DNA of 50,920 nucleotides from Paraglomus brasilianum (Eukaryota): NCBI GenBank assembly GCA_910592345.1, contig CAJVPI010000129.1, positions 1 to 50,920 of the forward strand, read 5' to 3'. Shown piece by piece: positions 29,364 to 42,086 of this stretch (position 1 is its first letter; each line of letters starts with the position of its first letter). The notes under the pieces were generated by a model. It saw only the letters and a program-made list of their open reading frames with translations, ran no database searches and was not told where the DNA came from. The position numbers and the translations under genes were made by a program.

Positions 29364-31030
29364 ATGCCTACGCTTGAGTATTGGCAGCGAAAAGAGAAGG
29401 AAGCGAAGGACGAACTGGATAAGGCGAACGCGGCGTTGAAGAGTTTTCAGGAGTCGAAGTACGGAGAAGGGAAGCTGAATGAGCTGAGGGAAAGGAGGCG
29501 AAAGGAACCACTGATGACGGAGAGAGGCAATGGTTGAACAAGTTGAAGAAGAAAGAGGTAGATCTGGAGAACGCTGTGAAGGAGTGTAGAGAGGAGTGGC
29601 TCAAGAGCAAAGAGGACTTAAGACGTGCGAACGCTCAGCCAGGTAACGACTTTGTGACTCGGCGTTGGGGGCAGAGTAGTGTAACGACTTTGTGACTCGG
29701 GCGTTGGGGACATAGAGTAGTGTGTACATAGGGTAGAGTAGACAGAGTTGTATTTGGGAAAACGTTACAGTGTATAGCTAGAGTGGAAACTTTTTTGTTT
29801 CATGATGCTGTACAAAGGGTATAGCAGTCATAATATAGTTTTCATACATTGAAGAGAGTACAGATCACCAATTTTTTTCGTTGCAGCTAATATATTGCAT
29901 ACTGTTTTTTATTGAATATGTGCTATATGCATACACATTGCACTTTGCTCACTATTATTTATCATTTTGTCGCTACAATTTATCTGCCAACCAATCAAAC
30001 TACTTTGCCCTTTTCACTAATGATTATCAGCTGCTCCTTAAGGTATGCTTTTTGAAATGCCAACTATTATCCTGATTATGGTTTGCTTTTTTATTATTTA
30101 TTATTATCTTGCATTCAAAACTTACCCTTTTTTCATAGTTGCGACATTTGAAGCCATGATAAGAGAAGTTCTATCAAACTGCCAGAAATCCAGCAGTCCA
30201 ATACAACTACCCTAACACCAATGCCTCTAAATGAGCATGATCTTGCAAAAGCCACCGAAGTAATAAAAGCAAGCATTGAATGAATGCTTTCAAATTCATT
30301 TGAATCATTGAAATGTCGTTTCCTTCTATGTGGTGGGGCTCCTGGCATTGGTAATTGATATTTTCTCTTTACCAGCTTCCTATTATCCAATTGGTATAAA
30401 AACTAAAAATTTCCATTGTTATATGTTAGGCAAAACACATTATGGAATTGATTTATCACATTATTTATTACAACAATGGCAGCCACCTTTCTTCTCTAAA
30501 ACTATATCCATATTCCTTGACTTTAACAACAGCCTCCAGATAACTGATGAGGAAATTATTAATGATGCATCTGATGTCATCCTTGGTCTGCAGATTGCAT
30601 ATCAGTACTATGTCTCTAATAATTACACAATATCTATATCAGTCTCAGCATTCTGTGAAAGGGCAATGAAATATTCTGGTTTCTTTAAACTCTATAAAGT
30701 TCTCCAAGCCATTATCTAAATCAAAAATGCACAGAACAAGAATATCTCTTCCTTTTTATTCAAATTGATGAATTTCAAAAGATCTTTCAATGTAATTCTC
30801 AACTTGAAGGAAGAACTGAAGATGATGAAATGACCCTATTCAGCTGTTTGTTGTCTGTTCTGGGGGGTTTAGGTTATATGAGAGCAAAATCCAGCATGGT
30901 GTATGTGCAGACTCTTTTGTCTGGAACAGCTCCACTTGAAGTTATACAAGTTCTGGAACCATCAGGATATTTTTGTGAACCTCTGAGTCTTCCATTATTG
31001 TCATTAAAATCTCAAATTGAGCTTATTAAT
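29364..31030 (+). pseudogene. Crinkler-like (helical header + P-loop NTPase) pseudogene, 3'-truncated
   Basis: Coiled-coil first exon MPTLEYWQRKEKEAKDELDKANAAL... carries a frameshift. Walker A GGAPGIG/KT is split by intron 30351-30429, and Walker B reads LFIQIDEFQ, followed by TLLSGTAP. Premature stops lie at 30281 and 30717, and coding similarity ends near 31030. Confidence 0.75.
29643..29723 (+). repeat. 38-bp tandem duplication of the first intron donor region
   Basis: GTAACGACTTTGTGACTCGG(G)CGTTGGGG..AGAGTAGT occurs at 29643 and 29681. Confidence 0.9.
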
Positions 31031-31162
31031 ATAGAGAATTTTTATTTATAAATGATTATATATAAAAACATAAAAAAAATTATTAATATTAAAAAGAAAT
31101 ACATCTCTCTATTCTCTTGTTGTAAAAGCTTTCCATTGTCTCTTTGAAGTAATTCATTCTCT

Positions 31163-31707
31163 CTAATAATCATCATCTAGTAATGGAGACTGTAGTTTCT
31201 GTCTCTGTTCAACAGTCTGTTCATAGTTGCTGTCAGTGTCAAAATGTTCTTCATAGTAATCATATTGTGGCCCATGTACATGGTTGTTTCCATTGTTTCC
31301 GTTGTTTCCATTCATTGCTTCACTTTCAGTTTTGCTGTAACAGCTTCTGGTGTCACAGGTGGTAATTTCATTGTTTATGTTTGGCAATCTTTTGTAACAA
31401 TGACATATTATTATATTGAGTGGGAGAGACCACAGGTAATCTGGATAATATTGGGAGTGGCATTGAACTTGTATTTCCACTCTTCAGTCAAGAGATATCG
31501 GTATTCCTGGTAGGCAATTCTCCTTGGCCAGTATGGCCTGATGTGCTCCATAAGGTCTCCAACATAGACCCAGAATTTAATCATCTCCTTGGGTCTCTCT
31601 GGTTGTGGTGTAGAGTTGGTTAGTCACTTTGAGCTGCCAATCCACTGAGCTAAGGAGCTCAAGGAAGTGAGTTGGGATCGTTTGTCTGCCATTGATTTGC
31701 ATGTCAT
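31163..31707 (-). pseudogene. Decayed intronless ORF of unknown family
   Basis: MTCKSMADKRSQLTSLSSLAQWIGSSK*LTNSTPQPERPKEMIKFWVYVGDLMEHIRPYWPRRIAYQEYRYLLTEEWKYKF..., then a GNNGNNGNN/acidic tail in another frame. The stretch is strongly CpG-poor. Confidence 0.4.
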
Positions 31708-32349
31708 TGGTAGTTGAGTTTGAAGTGGGATTGTTAGAATTGTTTTATCAATTGCTGAGATAACTATTGCTTGCTGAGTTGCTTGCTCTTTGACTGTTAC
31801 GTTGAAAGGTTCCGATCATATTGAAGAGCCAATGAAAAGATATAAAATAAAAACGTATTTTGGGTTTAGACGAAAGTTTCATATAGCGATTTTCCTTCAA
31901 GAAAGAAAACGACTGTTTATATGAGAAAAGCGAATAATTAATGTAGAGGTACAAATTGCGTAAGTTTCCTTATTATCGACTACAACGACCGCCGTTTTGT
32001 TATTTGACGTTAGACGTTTGAATGTACCCGTATGCTGATCATAACTATCGTCATGACAAGTCCGCAAAACCATCTCTATACAAGGCATGAAACAATATCG
32101 GGCGATTCAGTGGTAAATTCATTTATCTTAACCAGTCAGCCGATCTGATGAATCAGATAAGCAAGTCACATGGTAAATCTTCATCCGCAGTCAACAATGA
32201 TCAATTTGCAAGTCGCAACTCGGAAATTATGCCCAAATTCGTACACTATGGCTGTTCCAGTTGATTGGATTAAGTTTGCGTGAATTTGTCTCATTGTCTC
32301 TGCTATCGATTCGAGCGAACAACGATTTTAAGATGTCCACTGCATATAA

Positions 32350-33241
32350 AAGTATTGAGCCGTAATTTATTTAATTTTATAAACCTAACTTTTTTCGTCA
32401 GTTGTCTAAATTTTATTTAATATAACAAGTACCATAATGAGTGGAATAATAGATTAGTAGAAAACTCAATTTTTGTTCTGACGCATGGATGAGTCTCGCC
32501 AAAAAGCTTATTCCTCATAATTACAGTAAAAAAAAACTAGCTAGACACAAGAACACGAAATTGCGGTAATGATAAGATAATATCGCACAACAGTTCCAAC
32601 GGGTTTTCGCAGCTTACTACTATGAATCAGAAAAAAAATTGATCCGTAAAGGAAGAGTAAAATCCCGCATCCACCATAACTCGTTATTATTATGCCCAAC
32701 CGAATTCATTGCGAAGTTAATTTTTTTATTACAGTGGCCTATCAAAAGTCACGGGGCACCCCCAAAATTTATTAGTAAAACATATGGAATGTCTTTTTTT
32801 TCAAAAATCTCTCCGGCATATGTATACTATACAAAGGAGAATATTTTTTTTGTATGGTTCGGAAGCTAATTGATTGTGCTTTTCCAAAAAATTAACAAAA
32901 ATTTTTTATATATTATTGTTATAGAGTGGTAGTAAGTTGAAGTAGCTGTCTTTAAATCACGATATGAAATCTATAATTATATATGTATAGCACGTATACG
33001 CACATTTCGCAAGCTACTGATTTATAACGATAATATATACAAATTTTTTTGGAAAAGCACAATCAATTAGCTTCCGAACCATACAAAAAATATATATTAT
33101 CCTTTGCATAGTACACATATGCCGGAGAGATTTTTGAAAAAAAAAGACATTCCATATGTTTTACTAATAAATTTTGGGGGTGCCCCGTGACTTTTGATAA
33201 GCCACCGTACATATAATTAAATAAATTACGGCTCAATACTG
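32350..33241. mobile_element. Outer Tc1/mariner-type non-autonomous element
   Basis: AGTATTGAGCCGTAATTTATTTAATT at 32351 has its reverse complement AATTAAATAAATTACGGCTCAATACT-G|TA at about 33215-33243. The left TA/C end is slightly mutated. Confidence 0.75.
32732..33207. mobile_element. Tc1/mariner-type MITE with about 160-bp terminal inverted repeats and a TA target duplication
   Basis: TA|CAGTGGCCTATCAAAAGTCACGGGGCACCCCCAAAATTTATTAG...TTTTCCAAAAA is mirrored by ...GGGGGTGCCCCGTGACTTTTGATAAGCCACCG|TA. Confidence 0.92.
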
Positions 33242-34025
33242 TATTATTTCACGATACTTTGATATTAACATTAGTGCAATTTCACGTGACTTTTGACCCG
33301 GCACTATATCCTTTATTATATGTTTGCGCTTCTCAAGACGTTGCATTCGTCCAAATTGACTGGTGCATGGGAACCTATTTAAACCGGCGGCCCTGTGTTG
33401 CTGTATTTTGGTCGGTTTAGCCAGAGGCCGGTTCAGGTAAACGTTTAGATAAAGAAAAATCCCATTATGAAAATTTGGTAGTCGTTATTATTATGTGGAT
33501 ATATATATTTCGAAATTCATGTTTACTCCCTACATAACCGAGCTTTGGCATACGGGGATACATGTAGCTCGCCGAAAACCAACTGACCTGTTAATCAAAT
33601 ACAAAAAACATAAAGACGATCTTGTATAGTTCTATATTAATATGGCAGGAATCCTTTTTTGGAACAGGTATACAGTAGTGACAATTTCGCGGTTATTCGC
33701 CAATCACAAATTGACTCCTTTATTGTTTTACGAGTAAAGTTCTTTTAATATACTATCTCGGGGTACTCAACTCCGAAATTTTATAACATTAATGATACTA
33801 CAGGGAATCATAAAAGCGAAATTGGAGAAAAAGAAATATCAAATTCGGTAAAGTGAAATTTGGAAACATACATAAATAATACAAATACTTTAGCATTATA
33901 CAGTTATTAAGTTGTAACGCAAATCTCATCACTTCATAACTGAGGACACACTACCTAAAATTACTAGCCATCTTTCCCTATGCACTACGCGTTTGATAAA
34001 GTTCCTCTGCCACCTTTTCCTTGAT

Positions 34026-36572
34026 TTATTCCTCTTCGCCAAACCTCAACCAGAAATTAATCACCACTGCCAACAGCAATGCAGAACAGAGGAAAGTAGG
34101 CCCAACCCTATCGTCATATGGTCCATATTCCTTCCTTCTGATCATCTGTGCTCGCCAATGATACATATACAAAGCATACAGCATCACAGACATCGAAACT
34201 AGAGTAAACATTCCTGCAGCAACTCTCCCGACTTTATCACCAAAGTTTAATAAGCCAACAGCAAATCCTCCAAGAATAACGGTAAAATTCAACCAAGACA
34301 AGAATGTCCGCTCGTTAGCGAAATATACTTTAGGCTCAACTCTCACAGGGATATAAACCCTCTTCCCATGGAACTTGGTCGGTATGTGTCCGGCCATTCC
34401 AGATGATGATCCTTCGTCTGGCCAAGAGTCATCATATGGGTGCCCACCATTCTGATATGACGCACTACCGTTCCCGTTACTATAACTCCTTCCATTTGCT
34501 CTAGACATTAGCGGAGTATTTTCTGTTGAATCTTCTGATTCACGTGAGGCAATATCATCAACGAGGACTTCAATACGTGAATCATCATGCCCGAGACGTT
34601 TATTAGCTTCTATCGCCGGTGTGTTTTGTCCACTACGTGTGATACCAATACGAGGAATGGGTGGTTTGCGAATGTCGGCGTCCATTTGAGGAAGCCAGAA
34701 TGGCAAAAGAGGAACGCGACGACTTTCCATCAGCGTCGCAACTCCATGAATATACTTGGAAAACTTGTGGACGTGTTCGACCTTTAAAACGAGAAGGAAT
34801 GTTTAGTGTCCGGTCATCAATAATTAGGTTTACGATCGTATGTCAGACTCTGAAGTACGACACGGTAATTGTATCAAAAGAGCAGATAATAAGTACATAA
34901 TATACTTTTTTGGCTCGATATACATACCAAATGACTGTTCACCAACTCCTGCACCCATTCAGGCGGCTCCTGCCCTAACTGCGTCTGTAACTTGACTTCC
35001 AGCACCGCATACGGGAATCTCGTTAATTCCTCTTCGGGTAAGTTATCAAACGGATAATTTATTCCAATATCCATTCGTCTCCAATTGTTTCCGGAACGTC
35101 GCTTGGGATTATTTTCAAAATTATCTTCACGAATCATTGTGAGTTCTGTGTCGAGTGATATTCGTACGCGAGCATCGCCAGGGAGTTGAAATGCTGTGCG
35201 GTTGTAGAAAGTTCGAAGAACTGTATTTTGGAAAGTGTGCGTGTGTGTGTGTAAGTGATTGGTAATTCGTTATAAATATACTTCCAAATATGCCAAATAG
35301 CTTATTCCATACCTGGTCCGAGTTTCCTGCTCAATATGCTATATTGCACTTCCTTAGACAATGTAATAAGACTCTCAATTTCCTTTTCACTCTTGGCCTT
35401 TTTCTTTGCCTTTTGCAATGCCTTCTCCATGCTGTGTTCTCCTCTCAAATACTTATTCACGTATTTCTCCTTAATTGGGAATCTGGCCTTTACACTATTC
35501 TCTCCAGTCCAATCCTCTCGATGCGTCTTACGCTCTACAAAGATCTCCCTATTGTCCATGTCGCCATACCATCGTAACCTAATGGCTTCGGCTCCTTCAT
35601 TCTTCTCGACCCTTCCAACATACAATTCGAAATCCTCATTGTCAAAGTAGATGCTGGAAATCGCCGAATCAGCCGGTTCAAATTCCTTGTTGGGGTTAAA
35701 CACCAACACAGGCAGATGCTGGAGGATGACAAGCTTTAGTTCTGTGATGTTGTCAGGGTGAACCCAGTATTTCTTGGTGTTACGGACAAAGTTTTGCTGC
35801 GTTTTGCCTTGGGCACTGTTGCCTTTTATGGGATTACCTCTCGTGCGAACGATGTCGTAGAGTCGAGATATTTTTACGATCAGAGCGTCCTTGTTTTCTT
35901 TGTAGAAGGGCTTGAGATTTAGCCGGGCTAGGACCATTGGTTTGGCAACCCATTTCGTTTGTTTCTATAGATGTTATGGAACGGTGAGGGAATGTGAGCA
36001 AAATGCATAGTGACTTGTATAATGAAGCGTCGTTAATGGAATGTGCAATGTACGTTGTCTATTCCGGGTTTTATTCTTTACGTCCACCTTAATCTAACTG
36101 TTCGACGCAACTTGATATAACAACTTTCAAGTTGTCAACAATCTATCCAATTGATTAAGAGTAAGAGTGATGATGAATAGCTTACATCGTGCTTCTTTAT
36201 TATCTTCAAGAAACCTGTGTAGTTCAATCTTGTGAATTTAGCCAGATCGTGAACATCAGCAATGATCAATCCTAGTTCATGCTCAATCGCCAAGTAATCA
36301 TCCTCGGTTGTATCCTTTGACTCGGTTAACTCGGTTATCTGCTTCTCACAGTATTCTATTCGTCTAACGATTTCTCCCGATTTAACTGCTTGGAAATTGT
36401 ACACTTTGTCGAGCTCCTTTTCCAAGAGCTCCATGAAATTGGTTTCGGCATCTTCGTCCCACTTCTTTCCGCGTGTGCCTTTTTTTAATTCTACTTTTAG
36501 ACCGTCATAATCTAGATAGTAGAAGGTCCACTCTGGATATAGAGAGGTCTTGAGGTGGTGGCCAAACTTCAT
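34026..36572 (-). CDS. VTC4: Vacuolar transporter chaperone 4, polyphosphate polymerase (SPX-VTC-DUF202), multi-exon
   Basis: SPX domain (MKFGHHL...YYLDYDGLK...[14 protein letters not shown]), VTC domain ([57 protein letters not shown]), and [18 protein letters not shown] followed by three TM helices. Confidence 0.97.
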
Positions 36573-37806
36573 GACTTAGAGTGTTCGGTATGTCACGAGA
36601 ATATTAAATACCTTATTGAGCTGTTGACTTACTCGAACAATTATTTTAGATCTCTATGACTATATTATTTAAACATGATTGATGTATTGTATGTCAAAGC
36701 TTATATACATCTTTGAGGGCGTACGTAGTGACGGCGTTCAACCTGTTGCGCAACAAACGCCACACTTACTGGACGAGTGGTTAGCAACAAGGAATACGCC
36801 GCGACCCAAAGAAATTTTAGGGAGGGGGGGGGAATGGTGTGACTGTTTTTCCAAAGAGTGACGGAGCATGTGAATTATACGAGGAAATACGAGCTTTAGA
36901 CTTCTATACAGTGGATCAGTTTGTTCATGACGCAAAAACTTACTGGGATTTTTATTCGATATTTACCGCTCTATTACGGAATTATCGGTATCCATACATA
37001 TTCTTCTTGTCCACACGCATTCTACAAAAACTTGAGTCACCCCATGTGCATTGTTAGCCGGTCTATCATTGGTCAATCTTTTTGTCAGTTAATTGTGATT
37101 GGATAATAAATTGAAAATTGATTGGGCGTCAATTTGTGCTCGAGTGGGAAAAATGAGATCGGACAAACAATTTGAACAATTGGGAAATAGATCTGAAGAT
37201 CAAAGAAATCAAAGGACTAGTATGTCAATGCTGATAAATAAGTTATAAACAAAGATGATTATCTCAATGAGCATAATAATATCTCGGTTTATTATCTTAC
37301 GCAAATGTAAATCTTATGCATTACTCGCCTTGTTTTTCATTCCGTTTTTACGATTACATTTGCAAGTTCGGCGATTGTCAATGTTTCGCAAAAAGTGCCA
37401 GATCTCGAATATATCACAAACAGTAAGTACGATAAACATTACGTCTATTGCTATTAACAGATTGAGATCTTTATCCAGTGTGCTTGACTGCTTATTTCTA
37501 ATCGAGTAGAATTGCTTCCAACTTCTATCAGAATATTTACATTCGATAGTAATAGTGAACATGCCTTTTTTGGTTTCGTGTTCAAACAAACCCAAACATT
37601 AATACTACTTTTAACAATAAGGTTCTACTATAATATTTACCGTATTATGAATCACATGTCGAGTGACTCCTTGTTAAGTATCACATTATATTAATACAAC
37701 CCATGATAATGAGTCCATAATAACGTGTATGATTTGTTCTTAATGATTACACGTAATTCCATTATAGTGCGAAATTTATATTTTCGACTTGATACAATTA
37801 CTATTA

Positions 37807-38204
37807 CTGTATTTCTCTGACTAAAGTACCCCGCGAGTAAAATACCCCTCAGCAGTTTTGGTAAAAGGCCTGGGTACTATTCTCGAAGAAATAAATATCA
37901 TCTAGTAAAATATCCGGGGTATTATAAACAAATAATTTCATGCAAAGTACCCTAATTTTATTTGTCAATATTAATAGTCATCTACCATATATTCTCATTC
38001 TCATATAATATATCATCTTCATAAACGTCTCCATCATATTATTAGTTATATCAAGCACGTTATTCACATTTTCTTTCTTCTCCTCCAACTCAGTTGTTAA
38101 CTCGTCTTCTACACTACAATCAAACATACGTATAATAATAAATGCCCTACATCAAAGTACTCCCTTACATCAAAACCCGGGGTACTTGAGTCAGAGAAAT
38201 ACGG
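37807..38204. mobile_element. pogo/Tc2-like MITE with about 27-bp TIR and TA duplication
   Basis: TA|CTGTATTTCTCTGACTAAAGTACCCCG at the left and CGGGGTACTTGAGTCAGAGAAATACGG|TA at the right. GTACCC-like motifs recur internally. Confidence 0.88.
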
Positions 38205-39161
38205 TAATGTCGCAGCTGATGCTGAAATCTGAAACTAACCAATGGGGTTAGAGAATAGAATCTGATCAACCAATGAAAGATCATGGTTTCAGCTTCAGCC
38301 GGTCAACTCCCACATTAATTATACTAAGACAGTTGACGTGCCATGAAAAGTTTTGATAATAATGATGTGATTTATTTGTGTGGCACAAATTACAAAGTGT
38401 TTTTCTTATCTATTACTATCAATAATAGTAATGGGCGGGAGTACGTTTCTATGGGTAATAAGGAAGGACACACACGTTATGGGTAATAACACACGCACGT
38501 GAAATGAAAAATTTGATGAAATATACTCATTTTCTGAGTAAGGTTGCATAATAGCATAAACAGATTTTTTTTGTGATAGTAATGAAATAGCAACATAGAA
38601 TATAAGTAGAGTGTTAGTTATAATGATAATAATAAGTCATCACGGCACGACAATAAACAGAAGGATAGACATGTTCAAAGTTACAAAGCGACCAAAAATC
38701 TTATTAAGAATTGATAAGCATGAACAAATATAGTAACAGAGTCAACGATATTTTTCATAAGCTGTAAATTATTATATTTTTTTATTTTATTAATTTTAAA
38801 TAAAACGCAAAATTATAAAAGCACTGGCCATTCCTTGGAGGAGGTTATGGCAGTCGTTAGGCATTACTGTTATGCATTACCGTTATGCATTATGGGTCAT
38901 GGCAGTCATTATGCAATGGAAGTCGTTATGACATTATGAATATAATATTAATATCAATATATTAATATATATTTATTTATTTAATACGTGTATAGGTTGA
39001 AAAAACGGTCGGATAAGATCTACATTAAAATTACGGAAAATGGGCAAGGAAAACGTAAAAAAGGAAAAGTACGTGCATGACGAAAATGCAATTAACGTTA
39101 ACATAGCCATATCGCGACTTTTCTTTTATCATTCACCAAACTCATACGAAAACACCTAGAC

Positions 39162-41599
39162 ATGGACCAAATAGACGTGGACGCAAGAGTAATGACTGAA
39201 GGCGAGTTCTGTATGAAATATGGCAGAGAAAAGCCTGAAGCAACCTACGAGGAAGCACGAGACGAATACAGAAAATATATCGAAACACACGGTAAACAAG
39301 CAAGCGACACATGTTATTGGGAGGATAGAGGGTTCGTAGAGTAGCCATGGGGAGAATAGTTGAAATGCATTACGACTCGCGCGTTGGGAAGAGTATAGAA
39401 TAGAGCGTTGTCGTAAAGGTTAGGTTATACGTAAACTCGTTGCAAAGACGAACTGGAGGAAACAAGAGATATATATGATTTAATAGAACAGGAGCAACGG
39501 AGAGGATAGTTTGAATGCTGTTACATGCGCAGTAGGCATAGAGTATAGTGAAGTTTAGGAGATATATTGCTTTCGTTTATATTATAAAATAGCTAGACAT
39601 AATATGTCGCTTAGTTGGAATGCTGTTGGAATGAAAAGCTTCTGCATTTGATACTGCCTATGTGACGTTAACTAATGCCTTTTCCGTTTACAAACAACTG
39701 GTGTGGACGCCGTTTCTTGCACAGGCGGAGAGAAGTCTAACATACTGCAATATACACCAAGATTAGGTATAGTTGCTTCAGCGTTCTTTTGCAGGTTTCA
39801 TCTTGAATCTTGAATTAATTGACACTTTTTTCTTTTGTAGGGGGCCTTGGTGGTACTAACTACCACTCCGATCAGGTTGAAGGAGGAGCCGTCAACGCCT
39901 ATGAGGGCATTGATATCAATAATCCTGACATCTGTTCTCATGAAGAGACACTTCGGAAGCTGGTTGAAACTCTCCATAATGAATGTGTTCTGCTTGTACG
40001 ATCTCCGCCCATGGCTGGCAAGACTTCACTGGCACAACTGTTAGAGAAACATCTTCTTCAAGACAATACTATACGTGTTTTTCATATTTCACTTTTATGG
40101 TTGAGACGAGTTGGTGAACCTTGGGTGTTTGAAGTACAATTTAAGAAACTAATGAATGGCACCAGTTGGGCTCAATTTGTGGAAGAGTGCAAGTTTATTA
40201 AGACATTCCTTATTGTTGATGAGGTGCAGGTATGAAAGATGCTATGAGGTGTTCTTATAATTTTGCGTTTTTTTGGTGGATTCTCATTAGAGAATTGGTA
40301 GGTACTTTATTCCAATGGACTTGGTGAGCCTTCACATTATGGTGGTGATGCCTTTTGGAATGTATTCAAGGACTGCCAGCAGTATGCTAATCTCTGCATA
40401 GTTGCCTTTGCGGTATATGGTTACTGAGGTGCCTGGGATGGCTCAGCATCCAGTGGCACAATGAATGTGTCTCCAATTATCATCCACCCTCAAAATACCT
40501 GGAGTTTAGAAGAGGTGTGCTTCACCAATGAAGAATTTAATGACTATATCTCACACTTCTGCAAGAAGTATCTTGGAAACATGAATGGCAATGATATTTT
40601 ATGTCTTCAGTAATATGTATACAATATGACAGAGTGTCATCCAGGACTAGTTGCATTTTTTATGGGCAATATTCGAAATCAATTTAAACCACAAGTGAAA
40701 TACCCAAGAGAGAGTGAGATGCTGACATGGGACAAGGTTTTCAAGTATTTGAAGTCACATGATTTCTGGACTACAGTAATGAATGTGAGTAGGTTTTTTC
40801 AGCTTTAAGGTTACATAATAACAAAGATTGTATCATCCTACTCATTGTTTTTGTTTTTTAGGGTGTCTGTGCATACACAAGCCTTGAGCATTTGAGTGAT
40901 GATGAGAAATTGCTTTGTGATAATGTGTTTCGATATTCTGTTCATATCAGGGATGTCACAAGTGAATCAAGAAAGCATTTAATCAGAACAAACATGCTTG
41001 TTGAAAAAAATGAAAGACTTGAATTTGCTGCACCTTATTTGTGTATACTTTACATGCAGGAGTGCTGGGGATCTACCAACAGGGCAAGGGAAGTACCCAA
41101 GGATTTTAAAACCTTTCTCATTGACACCTTTACTGTCATGGACCCCCAAACACTACAAAAATCATTTGGTGTTGGTAAAGACAGGCGGCTTCTAGAATGC
41201 ACTTGGCAGATGGAATTCTACCGGGCTGCCACTCAAGTCCTCCCCAATCATGTCTATATTTCTCCTGATGCTGGAGCAGATTTTGGTTCACGTGGATTTG
41301 TAGACTTCTATGTGGATGATGACTGAAACTGGGTGATTGAATTACTAAGAGACGGTGAAAGGGCAGAAGAGCATGAGAAGCATTTTGAATCAGATGGTAT
41401 TTATGCTAAAATCTTAGAGAGTTCCAAGGAATCAGTAATAATTGATATTCGAAATCCTGACCTTTGTGATAATCCTCCAGCAAAGAGTGGTGGTAATTGG
41501 ATGAATGTATATTGCCAGAAAGGATGGGGATCAGTAATAATAGAGTATGGAGGTACAAAACAGCTAGTTAGACTCATTGGAGGGAGGAGAAGTGAGTGA
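39162..41599 (+). pseudogene. Crinkler-type NTPase + PD-(D/E)xK REase-fold pseudogene, multi-exon
   Basis: Short header exon MDQIDVDARVMTEGEF..., Walker A LVRSPPMAGKTSL, Walker B FLIVDEVQ, TECHPGL, then WQMEFYRAA...ISPDAG..FGSRGFVDFYVD..NWVIELLRDG..EEHE..F..G.Y. Premature stops lie at 40425, 40611 and 41324. Assignment of the first exon is inferred. Confidence 0.82.
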
Positions 41600-42086
41600 T
41601 AATTTTCCCAATGATGAGATTAAAGTGACCCAATTAGTAAGCACTAATGATGAAAAAAAAATGATGTGAGCCAAGGAAATGAAGAATATTCCACTGGTCA
41701 ATTAATTGCTTAGATTTTTTATTTACTACTTAGTACTGTAGTATCATTCTTACAATCGTGTTACACAATCAGATCAGAGCATGGAGAATTTCGGTCTCGA
41801 ATAATGAATAAATTACATACCGATACAGTGCAATCGAATTTTTTCTATGACATGACATAGTTACGGTCTAAATTTAATAACAATGCTTTATTTTTTATTC
41901 ACCGGATCGCTAAGCTTAGAAAGGAGAATATGAACGCTGTGTCGCTTCGCCAAAAGACTCCAATTCGATTAAAATTGAATCCCATATTTATAGTGTATAT
42001 AATTGGTACGTCTGAAAACTACATATTAATACACGTATAGCACTATATTACATTAAACATATACATTTATAGCACATAATAATAAA

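Noticed and set aside
38496..38501. CACGTG Pho4-like site upstream of VTC4
   Set aside because: It is a single site about 1.9 kb away, beyond a MITE, and CACGTG is scattered throughout the window.
40425..41326. TGA codons in the NTPase-REase gene as code-4 Trp
   Set aside because: The gene has spliceosomal introns and TGG Trp codons, and the TGAs fit CGA>TGA decay. The same applies to the TGA at 1471, which aligns with Arg.
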